A stretch of 54,371 nucleotides of DNA. Source: a virus. Its lineage: Duplodnaviria > Caudoviricetes. Positions 1-10,119 of the stretch are shown piece after piece. The notes beneath the pieces are model-generated. The model saw nothing but the letters and a program-made list of their open reading frames with translations, was not told the DNA's origin and did no database searches. Position numbers and translations under genes: made by a program. Position 1 is the stretch's first letter. Every line of letters starts with the position of its first letter. Location of the stretch: IMG/VR virus record IMGVR_UViG_3300007735_000756, positions 1 through 54,371 of that record; one strand, given 5' to 3'.

Positions 1-5
1 TGTAA

Positions 6-152
6 ATGACTGAAGAAGAGAGAGAAGAACTGAATAATCTAAGAAAGGCAATCACTGGTTATCCACAATCAGTACATCCCGAAAAACAAGCAAGATTTAC
101 AGAACTTTTTGTAAAATCATTAGAAGGTAAGTCCGATAAGGTTTTGGTATAA
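6..152 (+). CDS. Small hypothetical protein (48 aa, MTEEEREELNNLRK...)
   Basis: ORF read manually, ATG 6 to TAA 152; below the ORF-track cutoff. Confidence 0.6.
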   Translation: MTEEEREELNNLRKAITGYPQSVHPEKQARFTELFVKSLEGKSDKVLV

Positions 153-155
153 ATA
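148..155 (+). promoter_or_regulatory. T4-type late promoter TATAAATA
   Basis: Exact gp55 consensus 19 nt upstream of ATG 174. Confidence 0.75.
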
Positions 156-173
156 TCTAAAAATAGGTTTTAT

Positions 174-605
174 ATGAAAACTTTTAACGAATTCTTAGAA
201 GAATCTTTTAAAAGAACTGGAAAATCTATAGAATTTAAGATACTTCATCATGGTACTGATACAGATGCTGCAACATCTATTAAACGTACAGGACCTAAAC
301 CTTCTCCGCAAGGAAGTCAGGGTCCTGGACATTATGTAACTCCTGATCGTAATAAAGCAGCAAAATACGCACAGTTTACTTCAAAAGAACGAAATAAAAA
401 GCCGGCAGTAGTTTCTTATCGTGTATCTCCTCAAAGTATACAAAAAACATCTGAGATTCCAAAAAAATTAACCTCTCAACCACAGACTACACCAAAAAAA
501 CCAGTAATTCAAAATACAAGAACTGGACATGTTGCAATGGATCCAATGTATGCAAATAAAAGAATGATTCGTAATCCACAACCTGTAATTAAAAGAGGGA
601 GATAG
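174..605 (+). CDS. Putative ADP-ribosyltransferase-fold protein with capsid-targeting-like N-terminus
   Basis: LHHGTD...QGPGHYVT...AAKYA resembles H-Y-x ART/PARP motifs; MKTFNEFLEE resembles the T4 internal-protein CTS MKTYQEFIAE. Confidence 0.6.
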   Translation: MKTFNEFLEESFKRTGKSIEFKILHHGTDTDAATSIKRTGPKPSPQGSQGPGHYVTPDRNKAAKYAQFTSKERNKKPAVVSYRVSPQSIQKTSEIPKKLTSQPQTTPKKPVIQNTRTGHVAMDPMYANKRMIRNPQPVIKRGR

Positions 606-644
606 AAATATCTTTCTTTTTTTCTAAATAGTTGAAAAAGTATT

Positions 645-2645
645 ATGGCGGATCCAAAAACAGATATAAATGAATCTCTATGTTGTATTGCACTACGATA
701 TATTGATAAGTATCCGACAAATAGTGTAGATGATTTTGTGGATATGATAACCACTAAAGGTACAAAACCAAAGGAGTGGAGTGATACTGGTGTTTTGGAA
801 AATTTGGAAATAGGAAGAGGGAAATTTAGAACACATTCGACATATAGATCTGCCTATGGTCAAAAAGATCCAAATGGAAATTTAAAGTATAAAATTTGGA
901 TTGAGGGATCATTTTATAGTGCTCAAGAAATAAGAAAAAAACTAAATGTTGTTTTGAATCAATATATAATATCAAGACCAGACAAAGAAGAAAATAATAA
1001 AGCGTATGTAATTAAAGAAAAATGTACTTCTGCAATTAAAAAGTGGGCATATGTTTTTGGAAAAACCGATGTTGCAAAAGCACAAGGATGGTCTAGTGGA
1101 ATTTTATCTAATTTAAATTCCGATAAAATTAATATTGCAGATATTATGTTGATACATAAAAACTTTCAAATTTATGATGAACTTGATGAAATTCAAAAAA
1201 TAACAAATGAAATAAAATGGGGTGATGTTAGGAATAATCCATCAATAATTAAAAAATTACTAACACCCAAAAAATATAATGAATACATGAATAGAGCATG
1301 GTTGATAAAAGATATATTCAACATTTCATTAAAACAAGTATTGTCTGAAAATTTTCCTGTAAAATTGGTAAATTTAGATAAAAATTCTGCAAAAGAATAT
1401 GATAATGATGTTGATGAATTTCAATTTTTACTAACTTCATTAGTTGGCGCTGCCAAATCTGGATCTCTTTCTAATTTTGAAAATCTTATTAAAGAAACTA
1501 TTGATTTGGAACCGATCATATTTTCTGCAAATGACAGATTGGAAGTTAAGTATAAGTTGAATATCAAAAATCTCAAATTCAATAAAGTCAAATCTTATGA
1601 TTATACAATGTGGACTAATTTTGGAGGAGGTTCAAATTCTGTTTATTTTTCTCAAGAAGGTAGTGATTCTGCTTCCGGTGAGGGTGGCATAACACTCTCT
1701 TACTTTTCCAGTTTAGTTGGGGATATTCCAAAATTAAGAACCTTTCTGACATATATGAAATTAAAGAGAAAGGAATATTTTGGTACAGCATGTAAAAAAT
1801 ATGGTGTAAATTTTAGTGATTCTAAAATGGGAACTTCTTCTTTGTCAGATGTAAAGTATAATTCTGTTCTTTACACATCAAATGATTTTAAAAAGTTGGT
1901 TCATGTTTTACTAACCGACACAGAACCAGTAACACAAGAAGATGTAGTTACTCCTATAAAATATATTACTAAAAGCACAGGAGAAGTTATTATAAATGAT
2001 GGTGAAAAATTAACTATAATAGATTATAAATCTATGTTGGTACTGGAAGAATTTTTTAATTTATATGTTAATTTTTTATCAAACAATAGTAGCAAAATGG
2101 GAACATATTTTGGATTGAGTGAAAAAACAAAAAAAACCTTAATATCTCAAGGAAGAAATACTTATAAAAAGTTTGAACAAATTCACCAAAGAGAAGTTTT
2201 ATCAAAAAAGAAGAAAAAATTGGATCTAAAAAAAAATGAGGTATTAAAAAAAGAAATCAATAAAATTAAAGGCACTGCCGCATCAGAAACAATAACATTA
2301 AAAAATGAACGTATATCTAATGCAATTTCTTTAACTGAAAGTGAAATTAAATCTATTAAACAATTTTCTATCTCAGAAGTAAGAAAATGGAGAGATAATG
2401 AATATAAAGATTTTGAAAAAAAATATAAAAAAGGATTTGCTCTTCTTGCTAATGCAGAGTTTGGATACATGTACTCTACATACGCTGAAAAAATTAATGA
2501 ATTAGTAAAAAAACAAGTGTTACTATCATTATATTCGGCAGCGAGTGGTAGGGGATATATTATATTTGACGGAAAAAAATTTGAAATGGATGATTATTTT
2601 AAAAAAGATGTAAAAGGGTCTCCATATCTAAAAGTTGGGATGTGA
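645..2645 (+). CDS. 666-aa hypothetical protein, possible PD-(D/E)XK-like nuclease domain
   Basis: Long ORF; DKINIADI...ISLK pattern; CTAAATA late-promoter-like box at ~625. Confidence 0.45.
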   Translation: MADPKTDINESLCCIALRYIDKYPTNSVDDFVDMITTKGTKPKEWSDTGVLENLEIGRGKFRTHSTYRSAYGQKDPNGNLKYKIWIEGSFYSAQEIRKKLNVVLNQYIISRPDKEENNKAYVIKEKCTSAIKKWAYVFGKTDVAKAQGWSSGILSNLNSDKINIADIMLIHKNFQIYDELDEIQKITNEIKWGDVRNNPSIIKKLLTPKKYNEYMNRAWLIKDIFNISLKQVLSENFPVKLVNLDKNSAKEYDNDVDEFQFLLTSLVGAAKSGSLSNFENLIKETIDLEPIIFSANDRLEVKYKLNIKNLKFNKVKSYDYTMWTNFGGGSNSVYFSQEGSDSASGEGGITLSYFSSLVGDIPKLRTFLTYMKLKRKEYFGTACKKYGVNFSDSKMGTSSLSDVKYNSVLYTSNDFKKLVHVLLTDTEPVTQEDVVTPIKYITKSTGEVIINDGEKLTIIDYKSMLVLEEFFNLYVNFLSNNSSKMGTYFGLSEKTKKTLISQGRNTYKKFEQIHQREVLSKKKKKLDLKKNEVLKKEINKIKGTAASETITLKNERISNAISLTESEIKSIKQFSISEVRKWRDNEYKDFEKKYKKGFALLANAEFGYMYSTYAEKINELVKKQVLLSLYSAASGRGYIIFDGKKFEMDDYFKKDVKGSPYLKVGM

Positions 2646-2699
2646 CACTCTACAAAGTGACCACTGCACGTGAATTTTTTTGAAAATGTACCCTATAAT
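2641..2699 (+). promoter_or_regulatory. Cyanomyovirus early-promoter-like element (imperfect dyad GTGACACT..AGTGACCAC, then TATAAT)
   Basis: Related arrangements at 2897-2948 and 12486-12546. Confidence 0.55.
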
Positions 2700-2729
2700 A
2701 AAAGTGTAATTAAAAACAACCATGTAATC

Positions 2730-2894
2730 ATGATCAAAGATTTCAACATAGTTCTTGATGAGAGGGAAATTAATACTATTTTATATGTTTTGAATTCTCT
2801 TGATGAATCAACACAAGAATATACTGCATACAATGATAATCTGGAGTACTCTGTATCATTGAAAGAAAAGTTTGAAGAGATCATTGGAAAATAA
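2730..2894 (+). CDS. Small early hypothetical protein
   Basis: Track ORF 2670..2894; ATG 2730 lies downstream of the TATAAT. Confidence 0.6.
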   Translation: MIKDFNIVLDEREINTILYVLNSLDESTQEYTAYNDNLEYSVSLKEKFEEIIGK

Positions 2895-2896
2895 AC

Positions 2897-2948
2897 CACT
2901 CAAACAACTGGCACAAGACCCCACACCAGATGCCAAAGATACCTTATA
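2897..2948 (+). promoter_or_regulatory. Early-promoter-like element (AACTGGCACA ... TATATT)
   Basis: ACTGGCACA half-site shared with 12486-12510; C/A-rich leader to ATG 2985. Confidence 0.55.
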
Positions 2949-2984
2949 TTAGATAAGTAAACAAACGAAGCAACTTCCAAATCA

Positions 2985-3227
2985 ATGGAAACTCTTGAAC
3001 TCAACGAAACCAACTACTGTGATCAAACTCCAGTCACAATGGAGTTCTCATTTGAAGAGCACGATCTGTTGAATAGTATTCTGGTTCATGCTTCTGAGGC
3101 AATGGATCTTGCAATTCCATCAATTTATGAACTTCCAGAAGACTCTGAGATTCGTCAACGTTATGAGACTCTTGAGAGATTACGTCAGTTCTCTTATGCT
3201 CTGTGGGCAAAACGTTTTGGTAACTAA
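2985..3227 (+). CDS. Hypothetical protein
   Basis: 80-aa ORF after promoter-like element. Confidence 0.75.
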   Translation: METLELNETNYCDQTPVTMEFSFEEHDLLNSILVHASEAMDLAIPSIYELPEDSEIRQRYETLERLRQFSYALWAKRFGN

Positions 3228-3310
3228 ATGATGACTTGTGGTATTCTGGTGCTCTTGGCATATTCTCTGGGAGCACTTCAAATTATTCTTCTCAAACACT
3301 ATCAAACCAA

Positions 3311-3514
3311 ATGACAACGAGTTCTAATTCATCATCTTCTGGCATTGGTTTCACTGGTGCTTTGACTATTCTGTTTATTGGTCTTAAGTTGTGTAACGTA
3401 ATTAACTGGTCTTGGTGGTGGGTATTATCTCCCATCTGGATTAGTTTGCTAATAGCAATTTTCATTATTGCTATTCTTGCTATTTTTATTCTTATTAAGG
3501 AACTTGGCAAATGA
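3311..3514 (+). CDS. Small membrane protein (LKL..VI.WSWWWVLSPIW type)
   Basis: Two hydrophobic helices; likely ATG 3311 after a C/A-rich leader. Confidence 0.7.
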   Translation: MTTSSNSSSSGIGFTGALTILFIGLKLCNVINWSWWWVLSPIWISLLIAIFIIAILAIFILIKELGK

Positions 3515-3705
3515 AAAAAAAGTTTGTGTCCGTTCAACCAGTCTCTTCTGATGCAAAAGATAGGTTCGTAAATGTTATGGATTCTTTTCATTCGTGCGTG
3601 GTTGAACAGGAAGAAAATGAAATGCTCTTTCTTGCTTCTCTGAACAAGTGTTATTATTTTACATTACCTCGTGGTGGTAATGAGCATTGGAGGATTCTAA
3701 AGTGA
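3511..3705 (+). CDS. Hypothetical protein, paralog of 16356..16547
   Basis: AK.RF.N.MD....C.VEQ.....FL.SLN shared. Confidence 0.75.
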   Translation: MKKKFVSVQPVSSDAKDRFVNVMDSFHSCVVEQEENEMLFLASLNKCYYFTLPRGGNEHWRILK

Positions 3706-4366
3706 CTGAGAAAACTATTTCTGTTCAGTTGACAGATCAGGAACTATTTGATATTCGTATTGCCCTGATGGATTATCGTTCCAAATGGTTTGACTTATAT
3801 CACAAAGGGTTGCAAGGTGAAATGCCTCAAAACTTTAATGTGAAAGGTGCAGAATTAGTTTATCAGGGTATATTAAAACTTCAAGAACGTATTATTCATT
3901 TTTCTGAGGAAATCAATGACTGAAAACTTTGTGAGATTGACGATTGACGAGATTGAAGTTTTAATGGAGGCACTTCAATTGATTGATACAAAAAATGAGG
4001 ATCTAATTCACAATAGTACTGGTATATCTCTTCCTTCTTTGTATAATAAACTTTATAGTTCTGTTGAGGAAATTTAGGCATTATAATGAAAAGCACACAA
4101 ATCACCTACATCTATCTTGCAGTTATTGCGATGCTTGTGTATAATTCATTGCTAGCAGTTCGTGATACAAATGGACTCAAATCATTAGAACAACAAACTA
4201 CTGTGAGGATCTCAAAGTGATTGAATATAGTCAAAATCGCAAAGATATTCAAAATGAGCGATTGATTGAAGATTTCTTTATTTGGGCTGAATCTGAATCA
4301 GCATCCAGAGAAATAACTGTGGATTATTTCATTTCAGAATTTTTAAACGTTCCGGAGTTTGTATGA
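3702..4366 (+). CDS. Run of four small ORFs (~3702-3923, 3916-4077, 4086-4220, 4217-4366)
   Basis: Overlapping or closely spaced start/stop codons read manually; 4086-4220 has a hydrophobic N-terminus. Confidence 0.55.
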
Positions 4367-4432
4367 CTTTTCTTCTTGGTATTGCACTGGGTTCACTAAT
4401 TACAATCGGAACTTCGTTTCTGGTTGCCGGAC

Positions 4433-4461
4433 TTGACGAAAACGACTCAATCTACTAAAAT
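4433..4461 (+). promoter_or_regulatory. Sigma70-type promoter TTGACG-N17-TAAAAT
   Basis: 17-bp spacer; GAGG then ATG 4485. Confidence 0.65.
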
Positions 4462-4484
4462 TAAGAGGTAATTTACAACAAACA

Positions 4485-4724
4485 ATGGCAACCAAGTTTC
4501 TTTACATCGTTGATCACTACATTCCATTTCCCAGTTCAGAATATGGCGGCATTTGGAATGTGATTGCAGAGAGTGATGATGAGTGTTTTGATCTCATTAC
4601 TTCTAGCGATGATGATTACTATCGGCAGCACCATTCACGCCTGAAAGAGAATATTCTTCAAGCAGAAAAGTTTGCTCTTATTGAAAACGAAAACTCTCGC
4701 ATAGTAGAATCCTTTACCACCTGA
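4485..4724 (+). CDS. Hypothetical protein
   Basis: 79-aa ORF with promoter and RBS. Confidence 0.75.
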   Translation: MATKFLYIVDHYIPFPSSEYGGIWNVIAESDDECFDLITSSDDDYYRQHHSRLKENILQAEKFALIENENSRIVESFTT

Positions 4725-4871
4725 TTATGACTAATATAGTACATCTGAATGAAATGTTGTCCGAACTTCGCAAGCAACATCAAGAACGAATTGATTATCT
4801 TGAATGTAAAATTACAGAGCACGAAAGAGAAATCACTCAACTCAAAAATTTAGTTCTAGAGGAAAAGGTTT

Positions 4872-5096
4872 ATGATGTCTGATATGGTGATTGATTATGC
4901 CGCACATCTAAAAGCAGGTAGAGTGTGGAGAGTTGAGATTCAATTGCCAATGCAAGATTCGTCAGATGATGCACCAGACTTTCTCACTGTGTCTGTTGAT
5001 GTTGTGGCACCCAATAAGAATCTAGCACAATATATTGTGTCTACAATATATTCAGATTTTGAATCATTATCTATTTCCGATGAACCCCTCAATTGA
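4872..5096 (+). CDS. Hypothetical protein
   Basis: 74-aa ORF. Confidence 0.7.
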   Translation: MMSDMVIDYAAHLKAGRVWRVEIQLPMQDSSDDAPDFLTVSVDVVAPNKNLAQYIVSTIYSDFESLSISDEPLN

Positions 5097-5379
5097 TATA
5101 ATTCCACAGTTTTTACATAAAGCACCTAAAGGTTATAGTTACGAAGTCAATGAGTTCAAACGTGGCATTTTTGCAATTTGGTTGTGCTGCTCTCATCATT
5201 TTAATTATAATGGTGGAAAACCTTCCAAAAGTATTTGGGGTTTTTACAATTACAAGGAGTGTAAGTTTTATTCTCCTGTAAATAGTAAGACAGTAGGAAA
5301 ACAAGTGCAGTTCAAAAACACAAGAGACTACTCTGCAATGCCAATTAAACAGTATCCTTTAGATAAATTCTTTAGATGA
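5080..5379 (+). CDS. Hypothetical protein (HKAPKGYSYEV...IWGFY)
   Basis: Track ORF 5035..5379, likely ATG 5080. Confidence 0.7.
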   Translation: MNPSIDIIPQFLHKAPKGYSYEVNEFKRGIFAIWLCCSHHFNYNGGKPSKSIWGFYNYKECKFYSPVNSKTVGKQVQFKNTRDYSAMPIKQYPLDKFFR

Positions 5380-5561
5380 ACTCATTTGCAACTGGTGTGA
5401 TTGTTCAATACAAAGAGTGGGTTGGTGAAGTACGTTTTGTCTGTGAAGATTATGTTAGTATCTGTACGTCAATAGGAAAACATATATCAGAAGATATATG
5501 TGTTCTGGTATATAAACAGAACTGGGTAAATGTAAGACTTTTGAAGGAAAGTGACAAATGA
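5376..5561 (+). CDS. Small beta-rich hypothetical protein
   Basis: 61-aa ORF with ATGA overlaps at both ends. Confidence 0.65.
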   Translation: MNSFATGVIVQYKEWVGEVRFVCEDYVSICTSIGKHISEDICVLVYKQNWVNVRLLKESDK

Positions 5562-5773
5562 AAAGATTCTGGAAATTATGGGCCCAGAGTCTGGGCGAGA
5601 AAGTATCCAAATGTGATAAAGAAAGCGACACGGTAGCGATGATTCGCACCGTGATTTTTAGTACATATCTCATCACCAATCTCTTCATATGTGCTGGTGT
5701 GTCACGTCATTGGAATGATGTAACTCTGGGGCCTTCAAAGTGTTCCTATAGTGTAAGCACTCAAACCAAATGA
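5558..5773 (+). CDS. Small membrane protein (W++WA+SLGEK...D.VA.IRT)
   Basis: ORF with one TM helix; C-terminus reads through repeat copy 1. Confidence 0.65.
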   Translation: MKRFWKLWAQSLGEKVSKCDKESDTVAMIRTVIFSTYLITNLFICAGVSRHWNDVTLGPSKCSYSVSTQTK

Positions 5774-6229
5774 TAGAGTTTGACGACATTTCAATTGAAG
5801 AGTTCTCTCCTTTTGATTTTGTAGAGGAGATGAATGAATCTCCCGACAAAGAAGATTCATTCAAATTTGATGAATATCTAAAATCCAACATTGATTATTG
5901 ATTATGAATCCTGACACTTTTAATTTCACCGGTGATGCTGTTACCTATTTGGGTTTTGTTGGTGTGATCTCCACACTGATTATTCTTGTAACTGCTTTCA
6001 CTCGTTTCTACAAATCGCCCCTAAACAAATGACCGACACTGTAAACGTTCTGCCTCATCTCAAAGAACTTCGTGATTCTTGGAAGCAGCAAGATTTTCAA
6101 TTCACTAAGGAACAGCAGGAAAAATATGATATTCTGATTATTGCTCGTCAGGAACGAATAAAGTTCTTCAAAGAGAACGGACTTGTTTCAAAGGGTAGTA
6201 AAGTTGTTGATTCTCGTGAGGTAGATTAA
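5770..6229 (+). CDS. Cassette 1: 43-aa acidic peptide (5770-5901), 42-aa single-TM peptide (5904-6032), 66-aa protein (6029-6229)
   Basis: ORFs read manually after repeat 5722. Confidence 0.65.
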
Positions 6230-6262
6230 CACTAAATAATCAAAAGATACGTTCAGCAGCAA

Positions 6263-6859
6263 ATGAAAACCTTTCAAGAGTTTTATATGATTGCAGAGGC
6301 AACATATGACGCAAGTGTAATGAGTTCTTCTCAAATTAGAAAAACTGGAGAAGGTGGGCGTATTGGTGCTGAACGTAAGAAATCTGCTGCTGAAATACGT
6401 AGATTGAGGCAGGCAAAACCTGGAGAGGAAAGAAAACAAACAGAATATAAAGATCGTAAAGATATAGGTACTCAACGACAGGCAGATACAAGAGTACAAC
6501 AACCAACACAACCCCGTGATTCTGCTGCTGTAAGAGAAAGAGCAGCAGCAGCAGCGAGGGAAGAAAGAAGACAAGCAGCATTGGCAAGAAGATCTGGTAC
6601 AGATACACCAAAACCAAAACCAAAAGATTTGGTAAAAAGTGCATCAAAACTTTTAAGTAAAACTAAAACCCCCGAAGTAGATTTGAGACCTTCAGATCAA
6701 CCAAAGAGAGCAGTTGTTGGTATGTCAAGAGAGACAAGAAAGGATATTACTAGAAGAGGAAGTAGAAAACTTAGAGATTTAGTAATAAAGCATAGAGCAG
6801 AAAAGCAAGGAGTTGATCCATCTAAAATTACACTTTCACCAGACTATGATGTAAAATAA
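6263..6859 (+). CDS. Basic late protein with capsid-targeting-like N-terminus (probable internal head protein)
   Basis: MKTFQEFYMIAE; CTAAATA at ~6232; K/R-rich. Confidence 0.65.
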   Translation: MKTFQEFYMIAEATYDASVMSSSQIRKTGEGGRIGAERKKSAAEIRRLRQAKPGEERKQTEYKDRKDIGTQRQADTRVQQPTQPRDSAAVRERAAAAAREERRQAALARRSGTDTPKPKPKDLVKSASKLLSKTKTPEVDLRPSDQPKRAVVGMSRETRKDITRRGSRKLRDLVIKHRAEKQGVDPSKITLSPDYDVK

Positions 6860-6928
6860 ACTCTGGGGCCTTCAAAGTGTCCCTATAGTGTAAGCACTCA
6901 ACCCAACCAAATTCAACCAGACAAGATT

Positions 6929-7099
6929 ATGACTTCAAATCCTTATGTTGATCACTTGATTGAAAAGGGTTACACTGAGCAAGAGATTCGTCAGACTCGT
7001 GCTCCGAAGCGCACCTTCCCTTATACTATTGGGGCACGTACATATCAGACTGAAGAGGCATATCAATGGGCACTTAGTGAATTTCTAAACGGTATTTGA
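6929..7099 (+). CDS. Cassette gene, 56 aa
   Basis: Sole ORF between repeats 6859 and 7111. Confidence 0.7.
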   Translation: MTSNPYVDHLIEKGYTEQEIRQTRAPKRTFPYTIGARTYQTEEAYQWALSEFLNGI

Positions 7100-7164
7100 T
7101 AGGTAATAGTAACTCTGGGGCCTTCAAAGTGTCCCTATAGTGTAAGCACTCAACCCAACCTCAA

Positions 7165-7832
7165 ATGACCCGAATTGAGATTCAAAGAGCACTCTATGAT
7201 GCTCGCAAAGAATATGTAAAAGCACAAAAGCAAGTTGAGTTTCAAAAACGTGAAATCGCATTTCTAAATCAATGCTGGAAAGAATTTGATTTAGACCTTT
7301 ACTCTGAAATGTTTTCCTAAATTTTCATTATGAAATCCGTAACTATTCCCATCACAACTCTTGAGGCTCTGATTGAGTGTCTTGCAGATGCGATTAATGT
7401 TTGCTATAATGTAGATTCCAAATCCAAACGTTGTGAACTATCTTATCCTTATGCAGTAGGATATAGTCGTTCTGCAATGCTTCTAATTCAGGATCAACTT
7501 AAGAATCTGAAAACACAAAACTGATTATGACACTTTGGAGAGCAGAATGTTGGTTGGGTTCCAATGCGGGACGCCAAACACTTGAAGTAAACGCAAGTAC
7601 ACCTACAGGTGCAAAGGAACAACTGCAACGGGTTTATGGTGCAGAACATATAAGTAACATAAGAGAAGTTTCCAATCTTTCTACTGGTTTATCTGGTGAA
7701 GATATTGATGCAAAAATATGGTTAATTGCTATTATAGGGGTTCTTTATTTGGTTGTAACATATTGGTATGTTGCTATTCCAGTTAGTGTTATTCTTGGTA
7801 TTCTCATCTATATGGGAATGAAGGAAGATTAG
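7165..7832 (+). CDS. Cassette genes 7165-7320 (51 aa), 7330-7524 (64 aa), 7527-7832 (101 aa, C-terminal TM)
   Basis: Consecutive ORFs after repeat 7111. Confidence 0.7.
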
Positions 7833-7866
7833 AATAACTCTGGGTCCTTCAAAATGTTCTTATAGT

Positions 7867-9117
7867 ATGAATCTCAACTCAATGAACTTTCAACTTCGTC
7901 CTCATCAACTTCGTGGTGTTGATGCTATGTCCAAGCACGACAAAGGTCAACTCATAAAACCAACTGGAGCAGGAAAAACTCTTACTATGATTGCTGATGC
8001 ACTCAAAGAGTTTGCTAAAGAAACTCCACAGACCATTGTTGTTGTTGCACCACGTATTTTGCTTGCGGAGCAGTTATCCTGTGAGTTTTTGGAGTTTATC
8101 ACTAACGCACAAGTATTTCACTGCCACAGTGGAGAAACTCATCACGAAAGTTCTACTCGTCCTGCTGTGATTAGTCAGTGGGTTGAGAACAATAACTCTC
8201 ATCACAAGTTGATATTCACCACATACAATTCTCTTCAACGACTTGTTGATGCCGAGATTGATGTGAATACGATATTTTTTGATGAGGCACATAACAGCGT
8301 CAAACGTAACTTTTTTCCTGCAACGGAGCACTTCTCCGCAAATGCAAATCGTTGTTACTTCTTTACTGCAACCCGCAAGACTTCTGCGACTGTAGGTAAA
8401 CCAGGAATGAATGATTCTGAGGTTTATGGTAACATAATTTGTCGTGTTTCTGCACCAGAACTTGTTGATGGTGGGTATATTGTCCCACCCAAAGTTTTTA
8501 CACACCCATCTAAAACTACTGATGAATGTGGTGGGTGTTCTTATGAACGAGACAAGCACAATCTCATAGACATTATCAACACCTATGGAATGGATAAAGT
8601 ATTGATTGTATCCAAAAAGACTAAGGATATTATAGGTCTCACTACTCAAACTGATTTCCAACTCCAAATGGAACAATTGGGATATGAGGTTCTTCACATT
8701 TCCAGTAAGTTTGGTGCCTTTATCAACAATCAGAAAGTCAATCGTGAGGTATTTTTTGATACTCTCAATGCTTATGGTAAGGATGTGAACAAGAAGTTTG
8801 TTGTGCTGCATTTTGATATTCTTGCGGAAGGATTAAATATATCTTGCCTGAATGGTATTGTATTTCAGCGCAGTACAGATTACATCAAAATATTACAAAC
8901 TGTTGGTCGTGCTATTCGTCTTGATCCACGAGACAGTAAGGGTATGCAAGAGGGCACAATCACTCCCGGTGCCGTGAATACCTACAATAAGAAGTTTGGT
9001 CTCGTTGTTACTCCTGTGTTTGATAAGGTTGGTATCAGCACTGCCAAAAAAATTGAGGTTTGCCTTGATACTGTTTTTTCGAAAGGTGATATGTTAGATT
9101 CAGTGGTTCGCAGGTGA
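7867..9117 (+). CDS. Superfamily 2 DEAH-box helicase (ResIII-like)
   Basis: LRPHQ Q-motif, PTGAGKT, DEAH, TAT, ILAEGLN, QTVGRAIR; start may be 7867 or 7882. Confidence 0.9.
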   Translation: MNLNSMNFQLRPHQLRGVDAMSKHDKGQLIKPTGAGKTLTMIADALKEFAKETPQTIVVVAPRILLAEQLSCEFLEFITNAQVFHCHSGETHHESSTRPAVISQWVENNNSHHKLIFTTYNSLQRLVDAEIDVNTIFFDEAHNSVKRNFFPATEHFSANANRCYFFTATRKTSATVGKPGMNDSEVYGNIICRVSAPELVDGGYIVPPKVFTHPSKTTDECGGCSYERDKHNLIDIINTYGMDKVLIVSKKTKDIIGLTTQTDFQLQMEQLGYEVLHISSKFGAFINNQKVNREVFFDTLNAYGKDVNKKFVVLHFDILAEGLNISCLNGIVFQRSTDYIKILQTVGRAIRLDPRDSKGMQEGTITPGAVNTYNKKFGLVVTPVFDKVGISTAKKIEVCLDTVFSKGDMLDSVVRR

Positions 9118-9229
9118 GACCCAATGAGACCCTGGTCTACCACTAGAGCAAAACCTGATTTTTTGATGATTCTACCCTGAGAGCATGAAAGGTCATTTAC
9201 CACAAACGAAAACACCGATTTTTTGAAAA

Positions 9230-9659
9230 GTGACACAAATGCAAAAAGGATTTTTGATTGATAAGGGTGTCTATGCTTGTGTTTCCTCTGGTGGGCAGTT
9301 TATGATACTTTACGAGGGGCAACAGTTGAAGTTATGTCGGACAGAAAGTTCGGCAAGAAAGTATATCAACGAACACAAGAAAATCGGGAGTGTTGCACAA
9401 CTACCCATAGAATAAACTTTCCGGAACCTTCAAAATGTTCATGACCAAACAAAATCACAATTCTCTCCAAACTCAAATCAAAATGAATAAACAATTCCTA
9501 ATTGATATTACGTGCGAAACATTTATTGCTCGCACCAAATACTTTGCTCAACAGAATGATTTTTCCACAGTCGCAGCAATTTATTCTGAATGGATCGTTG
9601 ATGGGGTAGATCCAGAAAATGGAGAGTATGTATGGAGTTTTATTCCCATAATCATTTGA
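9230..9659 (+). CDS. Two small hypothetical proteins (9230-9415; 9435 or later start to 9659)
   Basis: Track ORFs separated by the truncated repeat at ~9415. Confidence 0.6.
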
Positions 9660-9690
9660 TGACATTAGAAATTGTATCTTGAGATAAATT

Positions 9691-10119
9691 ATGAAAACCA
9701 TTTTGCACAGTGGATACGGTTATCAAAAACTTCTCTGTGAGAATGTTACTTCTTGGTTTCTGAATAAGTTTCTTCCCCGACATAAAGTTGAGGTTGAAAT
9801 CTTACATCGTGGTCTCAAAAGAGAGGGGGTTTATGGTTGGTGCTCTGTTCAAGATTGTAACTGGAATCCCAGACATTTTCTGATTGAGATTCAAACTCAC
9901 CTAAATCAGGACGATTACATTATTTGTTTATTGCACGAACTACAGCACGTTTTACAACATGTTCGCGGAGATTTGAAAGATAAAGGCAACATTCGCTGTT
10001 GGAAAGGTATTGATTGTAGTGAAATGAAATATGATGAGATGCCATGGGAAATTGAGGCACATAAAAAAGAACAAGAACTTTATAAAGAGTATTTTATCCA
10101 TCTAAATTCTAATACCTAA
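9691..10119 (+). CDS. HEXXH zinc metallopeptidase-like protein
   Basis: LLHELQH ... PWEIEA. Confidence 0.75.
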   Translation: MKTILHSGYGYQKLLCENVTSWFLNKFLPRHKVEVEILHRGLKREGVYGWCSVQDCNWNPRHFLIEIQTHLNQDDYIICLLHELQHVLQHVRGDLKDKGNIRCWKGIDCSEMKYDEMPWEIEAHKKEQELYKEYFIHLNSNT

